DNA of 64,000 nucleotides, taken from positions 36,678 to 100,677 of the forward strand of contig JAFWDU010000006.1 in NCBI GenBank assembly GCA_017516005.1, in the 5' to 3' direction. Shown piece by piece: positions 16,061 through 26,682 of this stretch (positions are counted from its first letter, which is position 1; each line of letters starts with the position of its first letter). Under the pieces are notes generated by a model. The model did not search any database. It had not been told where the DNA came from and saw only the letters and a list, made by a program, of their open reading frames with translations. This stretch comes from Oscillospiraceae bacterium (GTDB taxonomy: Bacteria; Bacillota; Clostridia; Oscillospirales; Oscillospiraceae). The translations under genes were made by a program, and so were the position numbers.

Positions 16061-18026
16061 AAGCAAATCGGACCCAAAGCCCGAGAAGAGCAGATGGAAT
16101 CAGCCAGAGGACAAGGTAAAGAAGCAGGTTGCTTGCCGATGCAATCGTTGTAGCACCTGTTCTGGTGAGAAGAATCATCATCAGTAGACCGACAATTCCA
16201 GCTACATAGCAGAAAACAATTCCCCAGCGGGTTACACTGCTTAAAGCACGGGCGCCCAGAACGGTATTTGCATATCCGGCTGGCGTTTCCTTATTTAGGA
16301 CTGCAGCAGGCTGTGCTTCACTCCCTGCCTCCATCTCTGAAAACCGTGTCCGATCGGAAACTGCAGGAAATTCAATGCTGTCAGACGAGATCTTGTATTT
16401 CTGTGCGAGCAGCTGCGGTGAAATGAGGAAATCTCTGGCGGCAAGCAACGGAAACAGTCCCCTGCTTCTCTGAATGGACTGAAGGGCTGTCCTGACAGAA
16501 GAAGAGGATTTATAACTTAACGCGAATACACCGGCAAGTTCCCCGTTGATGGAAAGGAACAGCGCCTGTTTGACTTTCAGGTCGCTGGGAATCTGGATAC
16601 CCATCAGGTGCATGAATCGCTGTGAACCGGTCAGAACAACATCGCCGCCCATTTCCGCGCCGTATCCGCCTCCTTCATAGCGGCGGAAACTGCCGACGGG
16701 ATAAGTGCGGACACCGTATTCCTGCATCAGCTGAGTAAACAGTGATTCAAGTTCGCTTCCGGCTGCAATCATCATCGTTCCGGCGCAGGCAACAACCTGG
16801 TTCACCCGATAGGAACCGTAAACCTTAAGACCGTTGAATGATACATTGGCATTCGGGAAAAGGTCTCTGGCACCCATTATCAGATATCTGGATCCGCAGA
16901 GACTGCGAACTCCATCCCATCCGAGCAATGCACTGCCTGACTTTGAAAGGCGCTGACTCAGCGTACAAGCGGGCGAAGCATAACAGAAGAAGCCCATTAC
17001 GGGAAGGGATCCAGTCAGAAGAACAGACAGAACCCAGAGGAAATTCTGATGCTGACGGTAGCTTGTTAAAACTGCAAGCAGGATTGCAATCAGTGTAATT
17101 ACGGGACAATAAACACGAAGCGCACGTTCACAGCCATCCGGACTCTTTACGCTGCCTGCCGAGACGGATCTGGCATCTTTCAAATGAGTCAGGCAATCCG
17201 TATTATGCCAGAGCCGAGGGATACGCAGAATCAATTCCCGATTTTCCGCATCTGCGCTGATTGTACGAAGCGACAGAATATCCGAAGACAAACGGCGAAG
17301 TCTTCCGAAATCCGCAAGGAATAGTCCGAGACAAATCGGCGCAAACAGAGGAACACGTTCGGACGCAAAAGCAAAAAAGCTGTCCCCAATGACGGCTATA
17401 GCAGAAACTAGAAGACTTGATTCCAGATTAAACTTCAAGCTGATCGCCTGACGTATGCCACGAAGCAGGACATCCAGGCTCAGAAAAGAACAGAACAGGA
17501 ATAATACAAAAAGTACAAAATAGAGTGATTGTATGGAAGGAGGTGAAACAGGCAAAGACCATTCCATACCCTGCCAGAGAGTCAGTACGGAAGCAATCAA
17601 AGTGAGAAAGCCGGTAAGGTATGTTCGAATCGGAAGAAACTTCAGAGAGTTCCTGCTTTCCGTCAGAAGCTGCTGTGCCGTCTTCCCTGCCGTCGCCCGG
17701 TCTTTCCGGGATGGTTTTTTCGGAAGAACCCTTAGCTTTGGCGGTTCCTGCTGCTGTTCCGGTTCCTCCGGAACATTATCCGATTGTGAATCCGAGTCTT
17801 CTTGCATATTATCTGCTTCCGGATCATTGAGCATGACGTTCAGCGTAAAAGAACTGATTACCTGACTGCTGCCAGAACCGTCAACGGTTTCTGAATCTCC
17901 CTGCGCTCCATCTGAAGCAGTCCAGCCGCCATATTCGCGCACGATATCATCCAGCGAGAAATCCTTTTCCCGCGGTTCTGAAACTTCATTCTGAATTTCA
18001 GATTCGAAATCGCGCGTATCCGGCAT
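16059..18026 (-). CDS. Polytopic membrane protein resembling a P1B-type ATPase but lacking catalytic motifs; acidic disordered N-terminus
   Basis: 655 aa. It has an acidic low-complexity N-terminus of about 100 aa and several TM spans. A central soluble region (..GGGYGAEMGGDVVLTGSQRFMHLMGIQIP..INGELAGVFALSYKSSSSVRTALQSIQRSRGL..) is colinear with the ATPase N/P domains as I remember them. No DKTGT, TGD or GDGxND string is present. Confidence 0.55.
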   Translation of the reverse strand: MPDTRDFESEIQNEVSEPREKDFSLDDIVREYGGWTASDGAQGDSETVDGSGSSQVISSFTLNVMLNDPEADNMQEDSDSQSDNVPEEPEQQQEPPKLRVLPKKPSRKDRATAGKTAQQLLTESRNSLKFLPIRTYLTGFLTLIASVLTLWQGMEWSLPVSPPSIQSLYFVLFVLFLFCSFLSLDVLLRGIRQAISLKFNLESSLLVSAIAVIGDSFFAFASERVPLFAPICLGLFLADFGRLRRLSSDILSLRTISADAENRELILRIPRLWHNTDCLTHLKDARSVSAGSVKSPDGCERALRVYCPVITLIAILLAVLTSYRQHQNFLWVLSVLLTGSLPVMGFFCYASPACTLSQRLSKSGSALLGWDGVRSLCGSRYLIMGARDLFPNANVSFNGLKVYGSYRVNQVVACAGTMMIAAGSELESLFTQLMQEYGVRTYPVGSFRRYEGGGYGAEMGGDVVLTGSQRFMHLMGIQIPSDLKVKQALFLSINGELAGVFALSYKSSSSVRTALQSIQRSRGLFPLLAARDFLISPQLLAQKYKISSDSIEFPAVSDRTRFSEMEAGSEAQPAAVLNKETPAGYANTVLGARALSSVTRWGIVFCYVAGIVGLLMMILLTRTGATTIASASNLLLYLVLWLIPSALLGLWVRFA

Positions 18027-18038
18027 GATAATCCTTTC

Positions 18039-18830
18039 TCAGCTTCTCTGTCTCAGAACTTCGTAAAGAAGCACTGCAGCAGCAGCTGAAGCATTCAGCG
18101 AGTCAATATGTCCCTTCATGGGAATGGAAACACGGAAATCACACTGCTCTGAGACCAGGCGGTTCATACCATCGCCTTCGGATCCAATGATCAGAGCAGC
18201 CGGTCCGGTCAGATCTGTTTCATATAAGGATGAGGAACCGGAAGCGGCAGTGCCGTAAATCCAGACGCCTTCCTTTTTCAGCTGTTCAATGGTCTGCACC
18301 AGATTGGAAACTTTTGCGATGGGCAGATATTCCACGGCGCCTGCACTGGCCTTGCTGACTACAGCGCTGAGACCGGCCGAGCGTCTCTTTGGAATAATCA
18401 ATCCATGCGCACCAACGCATTCAGCGGTTCGTATAATCGCGCCGAGATTATGCGGATCACTGACCTCGTCGCAGATTACAATCAGTGGGGCCTCCCCTTT
18501 TTCCTTAGCGGTGCGGAGAATATCCTCTACGGTACAGTAGCTGTGAGCAGCTACTGTTGCGATCACGCCCTGATGTGCGTGAGTAACGCTCATCTGATCC
18601 AGCTTTCTGCGGTCAACTCTCGTAACCACGATTCCCGACTGTTTCGCAAGTGTCGCAATGCGGACAAGGCCGTGGTCCGTGTCTCCGGATGAGAGATATA
18701 CTTTATCGATGGTCCTGCCGGCACGCAGCGCTTCCAGGACGGAATTTCTGCCTTCCAGGATCAGTTCTTCATTGCTTTCCATTGTCTCCACAGGATCAGC
18801 ATTCTGTTTGATTTTCTTCTTGTCAATCAT
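18039..18830 (-). CDS. rlmB: TrmH/SpoU family 23S rRNA 2'-O-methyltransferase (RlmB-like)
   Basis: N-terminal substrate-binding domain (EGRNSVLEAL), then SpoU motifs (DPHNLGAIIRTA, LIIGSEGDGM, IPMKGHIDSLNASAAAAVLLYE). Start set to ATG at 18830; the track start is TTG. Confidence 0.8.
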   Translation of the reverse strand: MIDKKKIKQNADPVETMESNEELILEGRNSVLEALRAGRTIDKVYLSSGDTDHGLVRIATLAKQSGIVVTRVDRRKLDQMSVTHAHQGVIATVAAHSYCTVEDILRTAKEKGEAPLIVICDEVSDPHNLGAIIRTAECVGAHGLIIPKRRSAGLSAVVSKASAGAVEYLPIAKVSNLVQTIEQLKKEGVWIYGTAASGSSSLYETDLTGPAALIIGSEGDGMNRLVSEQCDFRVSIPMKGHIDSLNASAAAAVLLYEVLRQRS

Positions 18831-18948
18831 AACTATACACAACCTAAAGTCCAGTTTAAATCAGCGTAATTATAACATAGCGAATCATCAAGACACAACA
18901 GGATTCTTTATTTTACAGAAAATTTACAGTCCGTCTAATTGCCGCTTC

Positions 18949-18977
18949 TTGTGGAAACGATCTGTGTATGATATACT
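18949..18977 (+). promoter_or_regulatory. Sigma-A-like promoter for ftsH
   Basis: TTGTGG (18949..18954), a 17-nt spacer, then TATACT (18972..18977). Confidence 0.45.
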
Positions 18978-19024
18978 ATCCACAATTCTTATTGAAGAAC
19001 CCCTGAAAACAGGAGGATTGAACG

Positions 19025-20980
19025 TTGAATCAGAACAATAACAATCGAAACAACAAAGGAGAGAATTCCGGCGGCGGATGGAAAATGCTTATTCCCATCA
19101 TCGTTGTCTCTCTCATCATGACGATTGTTGTCAATTCCATCTATACGTCTGTTTCCAAAAGCTATCTTGAGGAAATCCCCTTCGATAAGTTCATCAGCAT
19201 GATGGAAAATGACGAGATTGACACAATCGAACTGAAAACGGATCGGATTCTGATCCTGACAAAAGAAAATGCTGAACTGCCGTCTACTAAGCAGATGGTC
19301 TATTACACAGGTCTTCTGCCTCAGAATGATATGACGGAGATCTATGCGAAGCTGCAGGAAAAAGGCGTGAATTACCAGGGTACGGTAACCGAGGAAGTCT
19401 CCCCTCTTATGAACTTCCTGATTTCCTGGATTCTTCCTTATGCCATTTTCCTCCTGGCGCTTGTATTCCTGATGCGCTTCCTGAGCAAACGTATGGGGTC
19501 TGGCGGCGGAATGATGGGCGGCATGGGTCAAAGCCGCGCTAAAGTCTATATGGAGAAAGAAACCGGTGTTACATTTGAGGATGTGGCAGGGCAAGATGAG
19601 GCAAAGGAACAGCTAATGGAGATCATCGATTTCCTCCATTCTCCTCAGAAATATGCCGCCATCGGCGCAAAGCTGCCAAAAGGAGCACTCCTGGTCGGAT
19701 CTCCGGGCACTGGCAAGACCTTGCTTGCAAAAGCAGTTGCGGGTGAAGCGAAAGTTCCGTTTTTCTCTATTGCCGGATCTGATTTTGTTGAGATGTTTGT
19801 CGGTGTTGGTGCAAGCCGTGTCCGTGATCTTTTCCAGACAGCCGCAAAGCAGGCTCCTGCAATTATCTTTATTGATGAAATTGATGCCATCGGCAAGAGC
19901 CGCGACAATCGTCTCGGCGGAAATGATGAACGTGAGCAGACTCTGAATCAGCTTCTAGCAGAAATCGACGGATTCGATTCCAGTAAAGGCGTTGTAATTC
20001 TTGCTGCAACCAACCGTCCGGAGATCCTGGATAAAGCTCTTCTTCGCGCGGGTCGTTTTGATCGCCGTATTATCGTTGACAGGCCCAATCTTGCAGGCCG
20101 ATATCAAACTCTTCGGGTTCACACCAGAAACATCAAGCTTTCTGAAGATGTTGATCTACAGAAGATTGCGCAGGCAACCGCCGGCGCTGTAGGCGCTGAT
20201 CTTGCGAATCTTGTGAATGAAGCTGCGCTCCGCGCTGTGCGTCAGGGACGGCAGGCCGTCAACCAGGAGGATCTGCTTGTCTCGTTTGAGGTTGTAATTG
20301 CCGGTACCGAAAAGAAAGGAACCGTTCTTACTGAAACTGAAAAAAGAATGGTTGCTTATCATGAAGTTGGTCATGCGCTCGTTGCAGCGCTGGAGAAGCA
20401 TTCGCAGCCTGTCAGCAAGATCACTATTGTTCCCCATACTTCGGGTGCGTTAGGCTATACCATGCAGATGCCGGAAGAAGAAAAATATCTTTCTACCAAA
20501 GAGGAACTTCTCGTTGAGCTGCGTACTCTTCTCGGCGGACGTGCAGCGGAAACGACGGTATTCGGTGTGGAGACAACCGGTGCTTCCAATGATATTGAGC
20601 GGGCGACTGATCTTGCAAGAAAGATGGTAACGCTTTACGGCATGAGCGATACATTCGGCGTTATGGCGCTGTCTAATGTGAGCAATCAGTATCTGGACGG
20701 ACAGGCTTATATGAACTGTTCTGAGGCCACATCGGCTGCTGTCGATACTGAAGTGAAAAAACTTCTGGAGACAAGTTTCGAAGACGCCAAAAGGCTTCTT
20801 CGCGAGCATCGCTCCCTTCTGGACGATGTTGCGCTATATCTTCTTCAGAAGGAAACCATCACTGGTGATGAACTGATGGCTTATGTCAATGCGGATAAAA
20901 AGCAGCTTGAACAAAAGGGCAGCGAAGATATTGAGGAGGACATATCCGATGGGGATACTCAACAGCCTGCAGGCGAATAA
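19025..20980 (+). CDS. ftsH: ATP-dependent zinc metalloprotease FtsH
   Basis: Walker [22 protein letters not shown]+ SRH region, and zinc site HEVGHAL. TTG start at 19025 with an AGGAGG RBS 8 nt upstream. Confidence 0.9.
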   Translation: MNQNNNNRNNKGENSGGGWKMLIPIIVVSLIMTIVVNSIYTSVSKSYLEEIPFDKFISMMENDEIDTIELKTDRILILTKENAELPSTKQMVYYTGLLPQNDMTEIYAKLQEKGVNYQGTVTEEVSPLMNFLISWILPYAIFLLALVFLMRFLSKRMGSGGGMMGGMGQSRAKVYMEKETGVTFEDVAGQDEAKEQLMEIIDFLHSPQKYAAIGAKLPKGALLVGSPGTGKTLLAKAVAGEAKVPFFSIAGSDFVEMFVGVGASRVRDLFQTAAKQAPAIIFIDEIDAIGKSRDNRLGGNDEREQTLNQLLAEIDGFDSSKGVVILAATNRPEILDKALLRAGRFDRRIIVDRPNLAGRYQTLRVHTRNIKLSEDVDLQKIAQATAGAVGADLANLVNEAALRAVRQGRQAVNQEDLLVSFEVVIAGTEKKGTVLTETEKRMVAYHEVGHALVAALEKHSQPVSKITIVPHTSGALGYTMQMPEEEKYLSTKEELLVELRTLLGGRAAETTVFGVETTGASNDIERATDLARKMVTLYGMSDTFGVMALSNVSNQYLDGQAYMNCSEATSAAVDTEVKKLLETSFEDAKRLLREHRSLLDDVALYLLQKETITGDELMAYVNADKKQLEQKGSEDIEEDISDGDTQQPAGE

Positions 20981-21791
20981 GCTTGCTGAGGAGGTCGAGA
21001 TCAATTCCGTGAAAGAGTTTTTTACAACACTCTCCCTTTCCAGAATTCTTCCCGCACTGATCATTATTGTAGTCGGTATCATTGCGGTCAAGTTGTTTTG
21101 CCGCCTTTTCAGGAAAATCCTGCTCAAGTCCCGACTTGATCGGAGCATGCATGGTTTTCTCCTGACACTTGTCAAGATTCTGCTTTATGCCATTGTAATA
21201 CTTGTTGCCGCGGGATCACTCGGCATTAACACATCCTCTCTTGTTGCCGTCCTGTCGGTCCTGACTCTGGCAATCTCTCTGGCAGTACAAGGCACTTTGA
21301 GCAACGTTGCAGGCGGTATACAGGTTATATCCTCTCATCCTTTCAAGGAGAAAGACTTTGTTGAGATCGGCACTCTAATGGGAACCGTTCGTGAAATCGG
21401 TCCCTTGTATACCGTGATTATTTCTCCTGACGGAAAAACGGTTCATATCCCAAACTCTGTCGTTGCGAGTTCGACGGTGACCAATTATACAGCATATGGT
21501 TCCAGACGTATTGACCTTCAGTTTTCTGCCTCCTATGATTCGGACCCGGAGCAGGTAATGGACGCGCTCAGAAAAGCAGCTGATTCGGAAAAGATTCTGA
21601 GAGAACAGGGTGTCTTTGTCAGTATCCGAAAGTACGAAGACAGCGCCATATTGTATGAGGTGCGAGTCTGGGTCAAACCGGAAGATTACTGGGATGTTTA
21701 TTTCGGCATCATCAATTCTGTTCATACAGAGTTCAGAGAGGCAAATGTCATTATGACATACCCGCATCTGAATGTTCATCTTGATCAGTAA
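20949..21791 (+). CDS. Small-conductance mechanosensitive channel (MscS family)
   Basis: Three N-terminal TM spans, then an MscS beta-domain signature (GDFVEIG-type: KDFVEIGTLMGTVREIGPLYTVIISPDGKTVHIPNS). ATG at 20949 has a GGAGGA RBS and overlaps the ftsH 3' end by 32 nt. Confidence 0.8.
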   Translation: MGILNSLQANKLAEEVEINSVKEFFTTLSLSRILPALIIIVVGIIAVKLFCRLFRKILLKSRLDRSMHGFLLTLVKILLYAIVILVAAGSLGINTSSLVAVLSVLTLAISLAVQGTLSNVAGGIQVISSHPFKEKDFVEIGTLMGTVREIGPLYTVIISPDGKTVHIPNSVVASSTVTNYTAYGSRRIDLQFSASYDSDPEQVMDALRKAADSEKILREQGVFVSIRKYEDSAILYEVRVWVKPEDYWDVYFGIINSVHTEFREANVIMTYPHLNVHLDQ

Positions 21792-21801
21792 AGTCAAAAA
21801 T

Positions 21802-21842
21802 CAGCAGGCGCATCTTCACCCGTGAGTGGGATGCGCCTGCTG
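21802..21842. terminator. Bidirectional terminator between mscS and plsC
   Basis: 13-bp stem CAGCAGGCGCATC..GATGCGCCTGCTG, flanked by AAAAA on the 5' side and TTTATT on the 3' side. Confidence 0.75.
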
Positions 21843-21866
21843 TTTATTATCGTTTTAGATCATGCA

Positions 21867-22580
21867 TTATCCGAGCACAAGAGTAAGCTGTTCCTGGATT
21901 CTCTGGTATACCATGTCAGAGATATCCGAGGATGTCATTCCTTGATACTCTGAAGGAGAAATTGGCGGAAGATAGTAGATTTTGCAGGTCACTCTCCTGA
22001 GTGTATTGATCGTAAAGATTTTATAGGAATCCACAATAACAACGGGAACAATCGGGCACTGGGATCTCATGGCGCATTTAAAGGCACCTGCATGAAAAGG
22101 CTGAAGGTGATTCCCGTTATCTTCGTATCCCGCTTCCGGATAAACCAGAAACCGTTTCCCTTCCTTCAGTTCATCCGTAATCTCATGTATCACGCTTACC
22201 TGCTGTCTTAAATTGTTGCGCTCGAGACGTTTTCCGTCCATCATATCCACAACTTCCGTGGCAATGGGAAGATGAGATCGAACCAGATCCATCACAACAG
22301 AAAACGGCTTGTCATGACTCTGGATGACAGCAAGTGCGTCAAATCGACCTTGATGATTTCCGTACATGACGTATCCTCCCTCATCAGGGAGGTTTTCCGT
22401 ACCGAAAGACCGTATGCGGATATTTCCGGTAATGGTAATAATCTTGACGATCCGCTTTGCAATACTGAACCGTTTTTCCAGACTGTAGCGGTCTTTATGC
22501 CGTACACAGTATCGCATTCTTGGAATATAATAACATATCGCGAAGATATTGATAATGATCACAAAATAAAAACGAAGCAT
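21867..22580 (-). CDS. plsC: 1-acyl-sn-glycerol-3-phosphate acyltransferase
   Basis: H(X)4D motif NHQGRFDA, N-terminal TM span, and a PEAGYEDN block. Confidence 0.8.
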   Translation of the reverse strand: MLRFYFVIIINIFAICYYIPRMRYCVRHKDRYSLEKRFSIAKRIVKIITITGNIRIRSFGTENLPDEGGYVMYGNHQGRFDALAVIQSHDKPFSVVMDLVRSHLPIATEVVDMMDGKRLERNNLRQQVSVIHEITDELKEGKRFLVYPEAGYEDNGNHLQPFHAGAFKCAMRSQCPIVPVVIVDSYKIFTINTLRRVTCKIYYLPPISPSEYQGMTSSDISDMVYQRIQEQLTLVLG

Positions 22581-22694
22581 GATTTCTTTCCTTTCTTTCG
22601 GCCATTATAATTCACGCACATAAAGAAAGCAAGACCCGATGCTTGACGTGAAGAGAGCATGTCTTTATAATTAATTACATCAAAACAAAGGAGC

Positions 22695-23093
22695 GTGATT
22701 CCATTGGGTGATATCAAGGGTCTGCATCATGTAGCTTATAAAGTCATTCCTGAGAATTTCCAGAAAATCATTGATTTTTACAAAGATTTTCTCGGCCTGA
22801 ATGTCGTACGGCAGGGATCAACCTGCATTATGCTTGATCTTGGCAACACCATTCTTGAAATTGTACAGGAGGATGGCAAGACGACTGACCGTTATGGTTG
22901 CCTTGATCATATTGCACTTCTTGTTGATGAATCTGATGTTGATGTGATCTGCAAGAAAGTAGCGGATGCAGGATATGAAGTAACCATGAATCCGAACAAT
23001 ATTGTGATAGATTCCACGCCTCCCTATCCTGCACGTATTTGCTTCTTTACAGGTCCATGCGGAGAATATGTGGAGCTGTTTGCGGAGCGCTGA
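22695..23093 (+). CDS. VOC (glyoxalase/bleomycin resistance/dioxygenase) family protein
   Basis: GLHHVAYKV...FYKDFLGL...DHIALLV pattern. The track start at 22695 is GTG, only 1 nt after the RBS. An in-frame TTG at 22704 is the more likely start. Confidence 0.7.
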   Translation: MIPLGDIKGLHHVAYKVIPENFQKIIDFYKDFLGLNVVRQGSTCIMLDLGNTILEIVQEDGKTTDRYGCLDHIALLVDESDVDVICKKVADAGYEVTMNPNNIVIDSTPPYPARICFFTGPCGEYVELFAER

Positions 23094-23120
23094 GCAACAA
23101 TCAGGGAGAATATGCACACA

Positions 23121-23151
23121 AATAAGCAGCGGTAACAAGCCGCTGCTTATT
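23121..23151. terminator. Bidirectional terminator between the VOC gene and mrp
   Basis: AATAAGCAGCGG-taacaag-CCGCTGCTTATT. Confidence 0.7.
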
Positions 23152-23181
23152 TGTATAATCATTGAAATTCAGTAAGTTTGA

Positions 23182-24015
23182 TTACTCCTGAAAAGCTTTT
23201 TCCAAATGATCAGAAGCTGAATCAATCGCCGAAACGTCACTCATCTCGATCAGTCCCTCATCAGCAGCATGAGCAAGATTCGGATCAATCGGAAGTCTTG
23301 CAAGAACAGGAATTCCAAGTTCTTTACTGATCGCATCAATTTTGCTTTCACCAAAGACAGAGATTTTCTTACCGCAATCCGGACAGACGAGATAACTATA
23401 ATTCTCGACAAAGCCCAGGATCGGGATATTCATCATCTTTGCCATGTTCACAGCTTTTGTGACAACCATAGTAACAAGGTCCTGCGGAGATGTCACAATT
23501 ACAATGCCACCAATGGGCAGACTCTGGAATACCGTCAGAGGCACATCACCGGTTCCTGGAGGCATGTCGACAAACATATAATCAATTTCATTCCAGCAGA
23601 CGTCCGTCCAGAACTGCTGAACGGCACCAGCAAGGATCGGACCGCGCCACAGAACTGGATCGGTCTCCCCTTCCAGGAGAAGGTTAATGGACATGAGTGC
23701 AGTTCCTTCACGGGACATGACTGGCAGAAGACCTTCTTCAATTCCTTCCGGTTTTTCTTTTACACCGAAAATCTTAGGGATGGAAGGTCCGGTAATATCC
23801 GCATCCAGAACAGCGGTCTTATATCCCTTGCGCTGCATGGAAACTGCCATCATGGAAGTTACAGTGGATTTACCAACACCACCCTTGCCGCTGACAACAG
23901 CAATTACCTTTTTAACGTTGGATAAAGGATTGGCTTTTGCGAGAAGGCTTTCCTGCTGACGATCAGAACAGTTTGCAGAACAGCTTTCGCAGTTGCCGGT
24001 ACAGTTTTCAGCCAT
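23182..24015 (-). CDS. Mrp/NBP35 (ApbC) family iron-sulfur cluster carrier ATPase
   Basis: Deviant Walker A SGKGGVGKST, a Cys-rich N-terminus, and a CPDCG motif. Confidence 0.85.
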   Translation of the reverse strand: MAENCTGNCESCSANCSDRQQESLLAKANPLSNVKKVIAVVSGKGGVGKSTVTSMMAVSMQRKGYKTAVLDADITGPSIPKIFGVKEKPEGIEEGLLPVMSREGTALMSINLLLEGETDPVLWRGPILAGAVQQFWTDVCWNEIDYMFVDMPPGTGDVPLTVFQSLPIGGIVIVTSPQDLVTMVVTKAVNMAKMMNIPILGFVENYSYLVCPDCGKKISVFGESKIDAISKELGIPVLARLPIDPNLAHAADEGLIEMSDVSAIDSASDHLEKAFQE

Positions 24016-24074
24016 AGTAACAGAACTCCTTCAAAAGATCATTAGAGACATAATAAACCTGAAGTGTGCGATAG

Positions 24075-24824
24075 TCAAGAGACGGTTTTAGACTGAACGG
24101 CCGCTTTCAGAAACGCAGGTATCTCACGAAGATAATAGTTTATCCGATAAAACCAAAGCTTGGTTTCGGCAGGGAAACATCTGGCTGTCAGGCCGAGCCT
24201 GTGTGCAAGATAACAGGCTCTGGCGCAGTGAAATTCACTTGTGACAATACAGATCGAATCAGGGTGAAGCTGGTTCTCAGCTGCAATTTTCATGGAATAA
24301 TACAGATTCTCCAGTGTATCCGTAGATTTTTCTTCCAACAGAAGACGTTCAAAAGAAACACCATGTGTAGTCAGATAATTCCTCATTGCCTGAGCTTCTG
24401 TTATTTCTTCACCGCTTCCTTTTGATCCACTGAGAATCAGAATCATGTCGGGATTCTCTTCAGCCAGTGCAAGAGCGGCATCAAGCCGTTCCCGAAGAAT
24501 CTTGCTTGGCGTTTGACCGTTTACCTGTGCACCGAGAACTACTGCAACCGGACATTCCGCCGCACGATTATCCCTTGAACCATATACCCAGATGAAAGAG
24601 GTAGCGATCTCAAGTACACAAAGACACAGTGCGCTCAGCAGAATCAAAATTCTTCGGAATCGGATGCTTTTCAGCCGCGGAACGAAAAAGAATACCAAGC
24701 CGACTGCACAGAACAGAAAACCGGTAACCCAGAAATGCGGTGGAAACAATGTGAGAATTGCAGCAGACAGAAGTAAAAAGATGTATATGAAATCCGATTT
24801 ATGAATTTTGATCTTCGACAGCAA
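24075..24824 (-). CDS. YdcF/SanA (DUF218) family membrane protein
   Basis: N-terminal TM spans plus a DUF218-like core (VVLGAQVNG...ILSGSKGSGEEITEAQAM..YL...ST.T.EN). The likely start is TTG at 24824, with a GGAGG RBS 9 nt upstream. The ATG at 24857 lacks an RBS. Confidence 0.7.
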   Translation of the reverse strand: MLSKIKIHKSDFIYIFLLLSAAILTLFPPHFWVTGFLFCAVGLVFFFVPRLKSIRFRRILILLSALCLCVLEIATSFIWVYGSRDNRAAECPVAVVLGAQVNGQTPSKILRERLDAALALAEENPDMILILSGSKGSGEEITEAQAMRNYLTTHGVSFERLLLEEKSTDTLENLYYSMKIAAENQLHPDSICIVTSEFHCARACYLAHRLGLTARCFPAETKLWFYRINYYLREIPAFLKAAVQSKTVS

Positions 24825-26682
24825 GACTAAGTTCCTCCCATTGCATATAGAGATCATCCAGCTCGGTCAAAATTGCATTCTTCTGTTCCATCAGTTCCTG
24901 CAGCTTTTCGTAATCAGTAGCGGAGACTTCAATTTGACTATCCAGATCAGAGGATTGTTCCTCCAGTTTACTGATTCTGCTCTCCAGTTTTTCCAGCTGT
25001 CTTCCGGGACTTCTTGGCTTTGGCGCGACAGAAACAGGTTTTTTAGTCGCGGAAGTGCGAATCGGCGCACCGGTTTCACGTTCTTTCTCCTGGATTGCCT
25101 TATACTTTTCATAACCGTAAGGATGATCATGAATGGCGCCATCCTTCAGTTCCCAGATTCTTGTTGCGAATTGTTCAATGAAATATCGGTCATGTGATAC
25201 AAAAATCAGCGCACCTTCGTAATAATCAAGTGCAGATTCAATCCATTCCCTGGATGAGATATCCATATGGTTTGTGGGTTCATCAAGAATCAGGAGATTC
25301 ACTTTCTCATCCATTAGAATGCAGAGTCTGAGTCTCATCAGCTCACCGCCGGAAAGGACACTGACTGGCTTGAATACATCTTCTCCGGAGAACATGAAAG
25401 CACCCAGCCGGTCACGAGCTTTCTGCGGAGTACAGTTCGCTTCATAAATCATGGTATCATAGAGCGAACGTTCTGGATGTTCGAAATGAATGATCTGGGG
25501 CAGATATGCCCATTTCACAGACGGTCCAAACCGGATTCTACCCTCACACGGTTCCAATCCAAGCAGACAGTTAAGAAAAGTTGTTTTTCCGGTGCCGTTA
25601 TCTCCCAGAAGCGCAATTCGTTCGGAACCAGTCACAAGCAGTTCAACATTGGAAAACAGCGTCCTAGAATCAAAGGATTTAGACATGTTCTTCACAGAAA
25701 GAACGCTGTCGCCCCGAAAATCTCGCTCACCGAATCTGGCGGACATGGTCTTCTCCTTCGTTGGGCGTTCGGTTTTCTCTATGCGCTCAATGCGATGCTG
25801 AATACTCATGGCTCTTCTGTAAAGACTTCGGTTATTGATTCCCCAGCCTTTCATCCGTTCCACTGTATAACTGAGCTGCTGAATCTTCGCCTGTTCCTGC
25901 TCATACTGTTTGAGCTGAAGGTCAAATCTGGCTTGCTTTTCCACAACATAGAAAGAATAATTGCCTGAATAGAAATCTGCTTTTCCACCTCTAAGTTCAA
26001 TGATTCGCTGAACAACGTGGTCAAGAAAATATCTGTCATGGGAGATTGTGAGAACTGTTCCCTTGAAATTAAGCAGATAATCTTCCAGCCATTCTACAGC
26101 ATGAATATCCAGGTGGTTCGTCGGTTCATCGAGAAGGAGAATATCCGTTTTCTCTAAAAGGAGTCTTGCTAAGTTCACCCTTGTCTTCTCGCCGCCGGAA
26201 AGAGAATCGAAGCTCTGGCGACGCATCTCTTCCGGAATGCCAAGACCGGAGCACATTTTATCGGTGTTGACATCCATTTCGTAGCCGCCGCCATGCTCAA
26301 ACCGGTTTGCAAGTTCATCGTATTGCCGTAAAAGTGCTTCCGGCGCGGACTCAGTGAGACGATCTGCAAGCTGAACCATCCGGTTCTGAAGATCGATCAA
26401 CGGTGAAAATGCGGAGCGCAAAACATCTTCTACGGTAAAATGAGCCGGATATCTTGGAATCTGTGATATCAGTCCAACTTTATGACCGGGTGCAATCACA
26501 ACAGAACCCTCATCATACCCGTATTCATCTGTCAGGATCTTGAAAAGAGTTGTTTTTCCCGCACCATTCCTTCCGAGAATTCCGACACGTTCCCCTTCAT
26601 ATACCTCAAAGCTCAGTCCGTCCAATATATTCTTATCTTTTTCGAAGGCTTTGACCAAACCTTTCACTGATATCTCAATCAT
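24799..26682 (-). CDS. ABC-F family ATPase (Uup/YfmR-like translation factor)
   Basis: Two ABC cassettes (GRNGAGKTT and GDNGTGKTT; LSGGE signatures), no TM domain, an inter-domain linker and a C-terminal coiled coil. Start set to ATG at 26682, with an AAGGA RBS. Confidence 0.85.
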   Translation of the reverse strand: MIEISVKGLVKAFEKDKNILDGLSFEVYEGERVGILGRNGAGKTTLFKILTDEYGYDEGSVVIAPGHKVGLISQIPRYPAHFTVEDVLRSAFSPLIDLQNRMVQLADRLTESAPEALLRQYDELANRFEHGGGYEMDVNTDKMCSGLGIPEEMRRQSFDSLSGGEKTRVNLARLLLEKTDILLLDEPTNHLDIHAVEWLEDYLLNFKGTVLTISHDRYFLDHVVQRIIELRGGKADFYSGNYSFYVVEKQARFDLQLKQYEQEQAKIQQLSYTVERMKGWGINNRSLYRRAMSIQHRIERIEKTERPTKEKTMSARFGERDFRGDSVLSVKNMSKSFDSRTLFSNVELLVTGSERIALLGDNGTGKTTFLNCLLGLEPCEGRIRFGPSVKWAYLPQIIHFEHPERSLYDTMIYEANCTPQKARDRLGAFMFSGEDVFKPVSVLSGGELMRLRLCILMDEKVNLLILDEPTNHMDISSREWIESALDYYEGALIFVSHDRYFIEQFATRIWELKDGAIHDHPYGYEKYKAIQEKERETGAPIRTSATKKPVSVAPKPRSPGRQLEKLESRISKLEEQSSDLDSQIEVSATDYEKLQELMEQKNAILTELDDLYMQWEELSLAVEDQNS

